In this document: piece after piece, positions 1 to 11,661 of the stretch
Layout: each line of letters opens with the position of its first letter
How positions within the stretch are numbered: position 1 is the first letter of the stretch
Assembly (NCBI GenBank): GCA_040437565.1
Contig: JBDOQK010000046.1
Location: 124,001 to 188,000 of the forward strand
DNA: 64,000 bases
Direction of reading: 5' to 3'
Origin: Albugo candida
Lineage: Eukaryota
The notes under the pieces: model-generated
Told to the model about the DNA's origin: nothing
The model's input: only the letters and a program-made list of their open reading frames with translations
The model's database searches: none
Made by a program: the position numbers and the translations under genes

Positions 1-339
1 ATGTCGCGGCATGCGAAGCTTGTATGGAAGGATAGGAGTCCGAAGTATTTCATTGCAAGTATTCCCAAACATCAAACCTATTTTCCGTATGGGAATTGAC
101 AATCAAGCGGCCTATGTATGGCAACGAACCCTACATATATTCGTAGAACAAGACATATTGAACTGCGCTGGCATTACGTTCGAGATCAAGTGGCAAAAAG
201 AAATATGGAGTTATGGAAAGTTAAGACTGATCTCAATCCATCTGATATCATGACAAAACCTCTCGCCAGCGAAGGACTCGAAAGATTGACTTCAATGATT
301 GGTATGACCATACTACATCTTTCCAGCGCTACAGAATAA
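1..339 (+). mobile_element. Ty1/Copia pol C-terminus (RNase H end), cut by window edge
   Basis: RTRHIELRWHYVRDQV...NPSDIMTKPL matches the Copia RNase H terminal motifs; followed by a purine tract and TGTTGG. Confidence 0.9.
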
Positions 340-354
340 TTTTGGAGGAGGGCG

Positions 355-561
355 TGTTGGAAACCGGATCTACTGATTGCAGCGACGGTAAGTTGAAGAC
401 CTCCACTTTTGGAAGGTCACCATCTCCTGAATAGTCGTAGGCAGTGAAAGGTCGCAGAGAGACAGAAGATAGTTGATAAAGAGTTCCAAATATACCTTTA
501 GAACTAGAGGTCTTTGTGTACGACCTTTGGTGCGGTTCTCAATAGTGATAAATCCTTTCCA
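355..561 (+). repeat. 3' LTR of the Copia element (PPT at 344-354)
   Basis: ggaggagggcg then TGTTGGAAA...TTTCCA; diverged copy at ~60698-60885; right end approximate. Confidence 0.7.
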
Positions 562-834
562 TTTCTGCGAGCTGATACAACGGTGATAAGCTGCTTGTGA
601 CAGTAGTTTCGTTAAATGAGTTCTGAAAAAGATATTATTACAAAAAGACCAGAAGGTAAGAATCAATAATGTCCAATCTGGGATGAAAAAAATAATATGG
701 ATAGAGAAACGAATGCTGATTCAGTACAACAATGATATACTACTCTTTTGATCCGTTGTATGTCTTCATACCTTTTCATCGACCTTTGCAAAACTGTATA
801 GCTACTCAGCTTCGGACGCCTTCTTTGTCTTCAT

Positions 835-2365
835 TTATTTAATTCTCTTCGGCGTAAAACCTAATTCTCTAACAACAGCAGCGTAACTTGATGGTTGGGG
901 AAGATAGCCCATCTCGATATGTTTGTAGGAGCTGACTTCGATAGAATCATTATCAATATCAGAACACATCAATTTGACATGTTCATACTTGAATTGACTC
1001 GTAAGTATACACGAAGATTCAACTGAGAGAACGTAAGTAGTGCTCACTTCCCCAACACATAATGCCGCTTTTTTGAATGTATCCTTCGTCGTGCGACCTC
1101 CAATATTGAACTGGATAAACCAAACAAAGTCTTCCGTTGATTTAGCTTGGAGATATTTGATAGCATCATGCAGCGATACTATATGTTCTGAAGGGCCTGG
1201 AAAAGGTGAAGGAATGCTTTGGCTCGGCATTGNNNNNNNNNNNNNNNNNNNNNNNNNNNNNNNNNNNNNNNNNNNNNNNNNNNNNNNNNNNNNNNNNNNN
1301 NNNNNNNNNNNNNNNNNNNNNNNNNNNNNNNNTTGTCGCATACATATAAAAATGTCGTGCAGTTTCTCCTATGTACCGGAAATCCGAATCGACTTGGGAA
1401 CGAGCGCATTTTACACATTCATCCTTTTTTGTGTCCATATGGGTCACTTTGACTTCGAAATAGGAAAATCCAAGGTAACTGATAGCATGTGAGGGCTCAT
1501 GTTTGATAGAATTGTAAGCAATGACTACAAGGCAATCCTTTTCATACCCCCATCTAATTGGCCCGCATGCGCTTTTACAATTCTGCTCTACTTCTTCAGG
1601 TGTTTTGGTTGTAGTGTAACGTAGCGCAAATTGGCACTCCATCACTGCAGGTGGGGAAACAAAGTATCTCTTGTCTTCGTCTCCAGGGGCCAAGCATCGA
1701 AGACAGCCGAGCATCAATAGTTCGGGTAGGTTTTTTTGTAGCAGTAAGCAATGGGTTGTAGCTTTTCCTGTATCAGAATCATGAGATTTCTGCCTTTCTA
1801 GGACCTTATTGCTTCCCCAATTTGTGCCGCCGCCGTATGCAGGTTTGAGACGACCACTGCTCTCACCATATTCCATTGCGCTGTGACTATCGGATGCTCC
1901 GGAATCGATTTCAAAGCCAAACAGCCGCAATTTTTTCGTCTGCGGTTGGCTTTGACTGCGAAAAGGTGGGACTGCTCTCGACACATCGCCACTTGCATCC
2001 GCATTCCTATCCGTTTTCGCCAGAATATTGTATAATTTTTTGTCTTCGTCTGGCACATTGACTTCGAAGTCCTGGCCGTCAACAAATGTACATCTGTGCT
2101 GGTCATCCTGACAGCTTGACCAGATATGCGAGTACGGTAAGTCGTCAGTGATTTCCGCGAACATTCTTAAATGGTCCTTATTTGTTTGTTGCTTAAAAAT
2201 CCTAAACGTAAAGTTTGCATGCGGGACAAATCGCTGAAGACATTTGCGGCAACTCCAATTTTTTTTAAAGCGATTGACCGAAGCAGTTACTATGACTTCG
2301 TACCCGCTGGAAGTAGTCAATTGGTAACCAGCCATAACAATTGCTAAAGCTATACTCGTCTTCAT
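835..2365 (-). CDS. Secreted Cys-rich effector-like protein with repeated CxxC modules (CCG-related, non-canonical); crosses gap 1233-1332
   Basis: Signal-like MKTSIALAIVMAG; CRKC, CLRC, CVKC; open on both sides of the gap; paralogous blocks at 14285-15001. Confidence 0.65.
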
Positions 2366-3746
2366 TAAAAAAGTAAAAATGTGTGGTTATCCTATTGCGA
2401 TGGTAGGAGCACGCGCGTCCTTCTACTTTTTGAGTGACACTTTGGAAATCGAATATACTACAATATCATATATATGTGATGAACAGGGTTGTCTTCTTTT
2501 CCTGCTTAAATTGATAATACTTTCATAACACATACATTTTGGTATTCTGCAAATGGCGTCTTCGATCATCCCATGTAATTGTACAGCATAAGGGAACAGC
2601 AAAGAGGACTATCGGTGAAATACAATACACCTATTAATCTGCACTCGGCGTTTGATGGACTGTTGAATTTTCGTCATCGAAAATGAGCATCAACAATACG
2701 ACCTTGACATATATTTCCAATCATTTGAATCTCATACTCCCAATTGTTCGACACCCCGTTCTAGCCACAACAGCGCGATTTGTCAAAGAATTGATAGTCA
2801 GGCCACCACAACCCGTGTGATACACAGTTTTCACAGCCTTGTGGATGACTTTGAAGGGAGAAACCAGACTGATTTGCTAATACTGTAACGGTGACACTTG
2901 CATGAGTGCAGATATCGTTTACCTTGTCCGCTGTCAGTTCATACAAACAACTGGTGGTTGCATCTTACGCGCAAATCGCCACGATGCGATTCTTGATCGG
3001 GTTTCCAAACCGCATTGGTAGTGACAACTCAAAGAACAAGGTAAAGTCGGGTATTCCTGGTAGCAGACGACGCCCTCGGGGTCCTTCAAGTCCAACTACC
3101 ACAACTGGAGCCGATTACAGCAATCTCTTCCATACCGAAGAATATACGGCATGATTTCCTTGTGTTGACTGAACCACATTTTCTTGGTTTTCATGCTCTC
3201 TCGTGAAGATGCTACCTTGTCGGCCACCTCCGATGTATAAATCTTCGTTTCGAACGACAGATTACTTCTTATGTTTACATTTGAGTCAGTATTCTTCACG
3301 TGTAAAATGCCCGACGCCAACCCGTTAGCTGACAGTGTAGTAGTAGCTTCCAATATTCCATATTCAAAATAGCTTTCATTATTTTGCCGAAAACCGAGCT
3401 TGGTGTGCAAAGGCTTTCAATTTCTGTCTGATCGACTACCAACTGCAGTATTAACCACTGCTATCGTGTCTTTCATTCGTACATATTTGCTTGCCGCGGA
3501 CTTTTTTCTTGTCTGTCATGAATTTGCATTTACCAGACTACTGCATCACCACTTGATTGACCCTGCAACGTTTTTGGATTGCATATACTGTTCCCGTTTT
3601 TTTGGTATGTGCATGTCTTTGTACCTAGATATCATACCGGTCGATTTCGTAAAGCGATTGAAGTCAAAACATTTAGTTAGATCATCACATTTCGACTGCT
3701 GGGATTAGTTAAGGTATTCTATAAATCACTATGTGACAATCACCTT

Positions 3747-4051
3747 CGTGGAAGAGGCGAAACATGCACGCTTAAATTAATTACTACCTGTTGTCAAATT
3801 GAAAAAAAGCACCACCTCGTGCGCTTGAACTATCTATACGGCGTGGCCTATGTTTCAAATCGCTGCATAGACTCGATTTTAGATGGACAAGAATGAATTC
3901 GAGAAAAAAGGGTAGTATATCAAAAGAATATTTAATAGTCTGCACCTCATCCTTCTTGTCGACCTGAGTTACCGATATGCCGCACACCCATCTCAAAACG
4001 AGCGGTCGAAACCAGTTTCCCGCTCTTGCAACTGAACCTTGAATTCTTACA
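3747..4051 (-). repeat. Probable 3' LTR of minus-strand Copia
   Basis: Minus strand: purine-rich gaggatga then TGTAAG at 4051, ending ...ctcttccacg. Confidence 0.5.
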
Positions 4052-4110
4052 ATCATCCTCGACCGTCTCGTGACTGTGATCTTCCTGTTAGCACAGCCCA
4101 AAAAATCTCG

Positions 4111-5745
4111 CTATTCCATTAGTCTCGGTGCCTGGAGTGCTTTGGTTAGGAGTTCCGCCATCATCATTCGTGATTCGACGTACAATGGCGCGACAATTCC
4201 CTGTTTAGCAAAATCGTGAATGATTTTCACTCGAATGTACACGTGTTTTGCGCTCGTCATACTATCTTCAACCTTTAGCTGCTTAACGGCTGCCTGGTTG
4301 TCCATCTTCATGGTCATCGGCTCGGGAACCATAAACCCAATCTCTCGCACGAGCTCACATAGCCCAATAGTTCTCGTCCATCGTAAGACGCTGAAGTGAA
4401 TTCAGCCTCCATGGTGGAAAGAGATACACCAGTCTGCTTCTTGCATATGCATTGTATAATCGCACCATTCATCGTAATCACTCCACCCATAACGGACTCC
4501 CGCTCTTGCTTGTCGTTCGCGAAATTCGCGTCGTTCCAGCACTCAAGCAACAGCTCATCTGCGTCCGACACACTCATTTGCATGTGCCAGCTTCATTCCC
4601 TTGTACCCTTCAGATAGCGATCAACCTTTTCACTGATTTACAGTCTTGTAGAGTCGGCTGGTGGGTTCATCGCGTCGCCATGTGAACGGCGAAGCTTATG
4701 TCCGGCCCCTCACAGCGCGAAATCCATGCTAACCTTCAAACAGAGACTAAGAATCGCGGAAACATGGCTCACCTGGCAATCCTTCCGTCACCAGATACTT
4801 CATCTCACTCGCTTCAGCTTCATTTGTAACCTCGCCTGCTGGAATTTATACCCCGTTCGATTCAGCCAATTCATGCTTCTCAAGTAGCCATCCCCGTCGC
4901 TTAGCTCAGCACGCATTACCAAAAAATTCAATACTTCACCGAGGCCCTTTATTGAGAGTGTACCCATTGTAACAAAAGAATCTTCCACCAACGTCTATAA
5001 CGATGCCGTAACCAGGAGATCATCGACATAAACCCCTACGACGATCGTCTCGTTACCCGATCGATTGTAGTACAAACACATGTCCGTACTACAGCGTGTA
5101 AATACAGCATCTACCAGTTTGCCATGTAGTAGCTGGCTCCATAATCTTCCTGCCTGCTTAAGTCCGTATAGCGACTTCTGCAAACGCAATGCAACTTGAA
5201 TCCGCGTATCCGCACCCACATCCCGCATATCTTCTGTGCAGATTTCCATACCTTGCGGTATACGCAGGTAAATCTCCAATGCTCTTCCTTGTCTGCCTTA
5301 ACGTAGGCTTTTGGGATGTCCCCNNNNNNNNNNNNNNNNNNNNNNNNNNNNNNNNNNNNNNNNNNNNNNNNNNNNNNNNNNNNNNNNNNNNNNNNNNNNN
5401 NNNNNNNNNNNNNNNNNNNNNNNCTTATAGACACGGCCCATTTGTCTTTTTGACTGATACGCATATAATGTCCGTAGCTTTTGGGATCTTCTTCACGAAC
5501 GCTGTTTACTACGTCAAAAACTCCTTCATCGCACTATGTTCCATGTTGTACTGATGCTTCTGTACCACATCTTCGTTTCGTGGATTTAAACGGGCACGAT
5601 GCTCATCTCGAGACCAGGTTCTACTCCATCCTTGGCTTTTCTTCTTCTTTTTTAGTTTTAGGTCTCCATTCTTTCCCAGTTCTTTTGCTATTACCCTTGC
5701 TGCGTTTCACGTTAAATCATCTTCTTGCTTGTCGTAACACGCCAT
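4111..5745 (-). mobile_element. Degenerate Ty1/Copia pol (RT + RNase H)
   Basis: LQKSLYGLKQAGRLW, VGVYVDDLLV, KKQTGVSLSTMEAEF, MDNQAA, AELLTKAL spread over several frames. Confidence 0.92.
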
Positions 5746-8520
5746 GTAAGGACCCCTAGAAATGCCAGGGGGCTCAACGATCAAAATTCTCTTGTCAAAG
5801 TCCTAGTTTTTGGAAAACTTCGGCCGATCCATGAGCNNNNNNNNNNNNNNNNNNNNNNNNNNNNNNNNNNNNNNNNNNNNNNNNNNNNNNNNNNNNNNNN
5901 NNNNNNNNNNNNNNNNNNNNNNNNNNNNNNNNNNNNGGCTCAACGATCAAAATTCTCTTGTCAAAGTCCTAGTTTTTGGAAAACTTCGGCCGATCCATGA
6001 GCGAACGCTGCCATTCTAGCATAACTGGAGTACACGTCGGCTTTGACGGGTGACTTGACGAGTATTATGGGCGTCAATGCACCTCACTTGAAGCACACCG
6101 TTCGATCGAGCACTTGACCACTTGTATGAAAAACTGTTAGTGGCATCGTGAGTACAAATCATTAGCTCAAGATGGCTTGAAGATTGCTCGAGTGTCCAAG
6201 CGCGATGGACGCAGCTCATGCAACACAAGTTGACAGGAAGTTTACTTGTATGGTTTATCTATCACCGAGTCCTGCGCAAGAGCGTTCAAATGGCATGGTG
6301 GCTTAGAAATACCGGTGACGAATTGTGGCAAGATTAGCAGCCTACAAAGCCCTATCCTACAAATCAGTCAGTGGTTAGCAACAAAAATCACAGCTACACG
6401 TATGACTATAAAGGCTGATCGGATCAGTTGAGTTTCGAAAAGTGAACTCAGCACAAGACCTTGCACTCAATGCTGTCATCTTAGAAGTGAGCACTACAAC
6501 TATTCTCTTCTTCTTGTCACGGGTCCTAAAAAGTCGATCGTGGGTCCTACTGACTTGGCAGGTACTGTCTGCCCTTCCTTCATACTTGGGATCCATATCA
6601 TGCTTTTTACTGCAGTACTACAACAGATGCTTACCATACGAAATGCTCTGAGTAAATCGAGCAACAATGACTAATATATTAGAGTTATAAGATGAACTAA
6701 AGGTTGCGATCGTAAATCGGCAGCTGATCAAGGAATAAGGGTAGAATTTATCAAACTCAGCCGAAAGTTTTCTCAAAAGTTAGAATAGAGAAGCATTAAT
6801 ATCAAGTAGAACGTATTTATGGATTTGCATCAAGATTTTCGATCTGGTATTTCTCTTCAACTCACATTAGTCCTACATCACGGCGGCCAGTGCTGGAGTG
6901 AATAAAACAATGCATATGTATATGACTCCGCGCGCAGCATTTTCATAATGAAAGAAAATGACTTCGCAAGCTGGGTGGTACAGGTTGTTCAAATGTATCG
7001 TTTCACATAGTATACAAGAGAATTGTGTCGTTCTTTCAGAAGACATACGTTATTTTCCCTATATTTTAGAAGCCAAACGTTCAGAAACGAGTGGAAGGCG
7101 CATCGCTGCACTATGGAGTTATAAGACCCAAGCTACCGTGTAAGGTGATCTTCACTTTTCTTAAAAATCTAGTTGGGAGGAAATACTCGTGATTCATAAT
7201 CTCGGAGTCAAGACATGGACCAAGCGGTCAATGCGGTTTCATTGAAGTAAATATCTAAATTATGTCTGTGTTACGAAATTGCGAGGGACTTCTGTGCTCG
7301 AAATTTTTTGAATCGGTCCGGAGTATTTGTAGGACCCAGAAATCTAAGATCCCGCATGGAATCGCCAATCATATCTGTAAACTACAGTGATGATGGGGGG
7401 GGGGTGAACTGAGATGTGAGGTAATCCTTTTGCCAGGAATATGCACGATAACCCGAATGCAGCACTGAGTAAGTTACCATTTGTGGATGTTAGACCGCAA
7501 TCTGTAACGCCCAAATCGGTATGGCCCGCAGTATATTTCAACTTTAAGCACAGCATGCGCGCTTTTATCAAATAACGCAAGACTTTCGCGAGCCTTGTTC
7601 ATTAATACGCATGCTATGCTACCACATGGTGTCGCTTGGGGCGCTTGTGATATAATTCACCTCACCTCCTTGATGCAGTGATTGCAGACAGGATCGTGGG
7701 GTTGTCTTAAGGATAGGTAAAAAAGAACCTGTTTGAGTCGCCTGCGTCTTATGCGTATCGTTATATCTGGAGGTTTACATAAGGCTCCTATTATTCGCAT
7801 CGACAAACAGACTAAATTATACCATCCCATTAAACTATCAATGTATGAAATACAACATCGAATCTTCTTTGACTTCGACAATCGATGAACGTTGAAATGA
7901 TTTCACGGAACTACGATTGCACATAGAATAAACATGTATGCATGCAGAGCTTTTCAGAAACAGAATGCGCAACTAAGCTTCTTATCTGTGCAAACAATAG
8001 AGCAGTTTTCTTACAATACGCACATAAGTTAGGCGCTTCTCATTTACTTATTTGAAATCTTATTTTTCCTGATGTTAGTTACAAAGCACGACTGCTTGAT
8101 CAAAGCCATATCGAAACCAGCTTTTCCAAGATGACCTAGAGTATCGAGAGAGTAAGCTTTCTCTTTTTATCCGGTAACATCCGCAACCTAGATCAATTTG
8201 CGCGATCATGGACCGTGCTGTACCTTTCTAATATTACAGATATGTTCTCTTTCTTCTTCGAGGCGTATACTGTAAATTTGTGACCAATATTGTACTCTAA
8301 ATACCCCCGACAGCTTCCTGGTTGCCCCCTCTCTATCTCTCTCTCCTCCACTGAAACTCCATCCCGGTCTTTTTTAATGTTCGCAGCAGACTTTAGAAAG
8401 GAAGATCTATACGCTTCCTGGACTGGCCAGCGCGACGCACCATCGCCAGAGCCACAGCACGTATTGTAGGCTTTTGAAGGAGCAGCAGCGAAATGATAGT
8501 TCCTAGAATCAGTGAGCTAT

Positions 8521-10517
8521 AATCTCACTTCTCAATTCGCCGGCTACTACGTAACCCACCAATTTAGTACAAAACAACTCGAAAAACTACTTTTTTCAAC
8601 TCAATGGTCCAAGTCGACATATCGACACAACCAAGGGTGCTAGCGTCCACTTATAGTGACGTGGCAACCCTGATGAGTCACCCTGTTCTGGGTGATTGCA
8701 TGATTGTTAATGAGTCACCACCCCTGTGTGATGACGTGGAAAGTACCCCCAGTGTGACGGTACAGGGCAATACCGGTACTACCGGTGTCGGATTTGGTAC
8801 CGGTGGTACATGCCGTACTCTCGTTGCCTCGTAACAGGGTGAATAAAAGGCAACTACAAGTGTGGAAGACACTAAAACTGTCAGTCTTGCTGACCTTACT
8901 AAGTCACAGGAGTCCTTGCGTAAGGACCAGGCAAGAGCTCGAGCGAAATTTCGCGTGGAGCTCCCAAAGCCGAAAGCCTCGAACATCGAGCCTATACTGC
9001 AGCTATACGCTGATGGGGAGCATCCGGATTGGTCCGTTTTGTCTGCGAAATTGGACGCAGCAAGACCTTTCCAAATCCGGAAAGCAACCTGCCCCATGGT
9101 GCTGGAGACGGGCTAGTCCTTGACCCGTACTCCAAATTGAAAATTTGTAACCTCCCTGATGCGAGACCATGGAAATCCGGTATTTGAAAGCTTACTGGAG
9201 AGCCGGTCAATCTCTCAGGTATCCAAAATGCCTGGGGGCAACATCAGGGTGATGGTCACCACGGCGGATGCCTGCCAACAGTTGGAGTGTCAGCCGGTGA
9301 CTATNNNNNNNNNNNNNNNNNNNNNNNNNNNNNNNNNNNNNNNNNNNNNNNNNNNNNNNNNNNNNNNNNNNNNNNNNNNNNNNNNNNNNNNNNNNNNNNN
9401 NNNNTGATCCATCAAGATCAAAAAGCATTTGTGCGAGTAAGGTCCATGCATCACCATATTCGACATCTCACCGACATAGAAGACTTGGTCACTCATCGTG
9501 GGGAGGAAGCTTATGCGACTTTTCTCGACTTTGAGAAAGCTTATATGAAGTCCTCTAACGAGGCATTCGCTTCGACTGCTTGTCGAGCGAGCTTCTGGAC
9601 GTCCTGTCCAAGCTCTCCTTCGATGGGGACCATGAGCTGGCTTGCTGCTTGTTTCATGGACCAGTGCTTCCGTGCAACGAGTCTCTTGAAGCGCATGCTT
9701 CACTTGAGCCAGCGCTTTGCAGTCCCTCCGTAGAACTTAGGGATCTTGATCTTTGCGACGTCCGCAGGTAGTGCATCCGTTGATGGACACGTGACGATTG
9801 TATGCGTGACGTACTCCTCGTCGTCGTCGTTCCGACCCATGGCGATGGGAAGGTATTCGTCAGCTCCAACTCAAATTTGATTAATCAAAATGACAGGCCC
9901 TTGGCTGGCAGAGGGACCGATCGGGCCAGAGGAGCTTGTTGGAAGGCAACTCTGGGATGTGTGGTAAATGTCAGAATCCTTTAAAATCCTAGCGATAGAG
10001 CGTGGCGCTCTACAGATACTCTCTACTGCTACTCTGTGTGTCTTGATAGCTCGCTGTGTACTTTCTTCCCTTGCGCGTGGGTTCATACTGGCTGATTCTG
10101 GTCTGATATGCATTGAGCTGACTACTGATCGGACCTGGCTGAAGTGGAGATGACGTTTCAGTCATGTCACGGGTACGGCACAGACAAGTCAAAATGCAAG
10201 TGCAACTCAGATCCTAGTCCTAGTTGGATGGCATTGTTCCGCCTAGTGTGGCGCACACCAATTTGCAAACCACGGTTTTTTCGGACCATTTGTACAACTA
10301 TACAACTTCACAGCTTTAAAGCATTTCCAAGCTGGACACAGTCTCGTATTAAGGGTGCTGAGGCTACTGCGATACGGGAATATCAACGGGAAGCCATATT
10401 ATCATCTCTCCCAGGTATTTTACAAAACGTAATCTATATGTATATATGTTATTTGAAATAGCCTAGGCAACTAGAGAAGTCAGTTAGTCTGATTCTAGTA
10501 ATATAAACACCTTCAAC
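8521..10517 (+). mobile_element. Non-LTR (LINE) retrotransposon remnant with 8-bp target-site duplication
   Basis: TGAGCTAT at 8513-8520 and 10518-10525; RT motif IHQDQKAFV...FLDFEKAY; absent from paralogous copy B. Confidence 0.8.
9546..9840 (-). mobile_element. Gag-like fragment nested in opposite orientation inside the LINE
   Basis: Minus strand reads MGRNDDDEEY...KIKIPKFYGGTAKRWLK*SMRFKRL, resembling a retrotransposon gag N-terminus. Confidence 0.5.
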
Positions 10518-11661
10518 TGAGCTATGAGCTCATCCTCATCCGACGACTCGATTATATCTAGAGCTGTGATAACTGTGAGCACTCGCTTGTGGTCATAAAT
10601 AAGAGGAAAATTATTTTCCATCAATCTTGGCGAAACATAGGTCTGAGTTACGTGCCACGAATTGTTCGTGCCAACTAGTCATCGTTTTATATTCCTATTT
10701 AAGTCAGAAATATTCCTATTTCGATAAAAGTCGACATAGTGCATACCTGAGACTATTAGCGAACAAAATTGCCTCAACAGTTCTAGTTTAGATGCACAAT
10801 TATTGACGAATGACCAGTCGAAATATGATCAGGCCTCAGCAAGTGTTCTACTAGATGCTGACAAAACCTGCTGAAGTACATGGCGTTTGTACATGAGCTG
10901 AAATTATAAGTCAGATCCATAAGCAGACTTTGACTCACTTCATAGCCGTTTTTGGATCTAGTGAGCCTCGAAGGTAAATGCAGAAGCAAAAGAATGTGCT
11001 GTTAGTAGTACTTCTTACGACTCGAGTATTCACATTGATTGCTATATCCCTGGACATACAAGTTTGCGTCAAGTTCTCAGCTATCAAAGACATCTTTGAT
11101 CGATCAAGGTCAAACTTTACTGTATACCGTTGACAGTATCGAAAATCCTTCGATTTCTTCCGCGGTAGATTTTGTCGACAGTCTTCGATTTTGAGCATCT
11201 CCCAAGAAACACAAAAACTGGCAGCAGTATGAACACTGCACTAAATCGTGATTTGATGTTTGATGGAAGATGGTGGCAAAATAGAATCATTCATGTGACT
11301 AATAGAACACTTATGGTATTTACACATGCACTAGAGTCCATGTGAGCTCACGCGAAAATAAATAAGTGTGTGTACTTGGCACTCGCAAGCCACATCTTCT
11401 CCATTTGAATGTGTGACAAACACTGACAGATCGAATCAAGTCGACATTAAAGGGTATTATAGACGACAATTGCATCGGCATTTGGATACGAAAGAGGATC
11501 CGTGTCACTGAGGAACGAGAAACGTCTGAACTGCGCTGTCGTGTTTTCATCCCCTCATATATAGAAAGCGAAAATGTAAAGTGTATATACATCGAGTGAG
11601 TTATGCGGCAGCAGCAACGACAACGAATGAAGCCTCCACCGTAATCAATCATGGAAATGAT

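Larger units (their letters stand above)
6004..11655 (-). pseudogene. Copy A of a long degenerate Cys-rich, effector-like sequence, interrupted by a LINE
   Basis: 6375-8520 and 10518-11655 are collinear with 15102-15267 and 16533-19640; shared peptides such as FRYCQRYTVKFDL / FRYYQRYTVNFEL; many stops and frameshifts. Confidence 0.55.

Noticed and set aside
5771-6003. Direct repeat around a gap
   Set aside because: Identical sequence on both sides of 100 Ns indicates contig-overlap artefact
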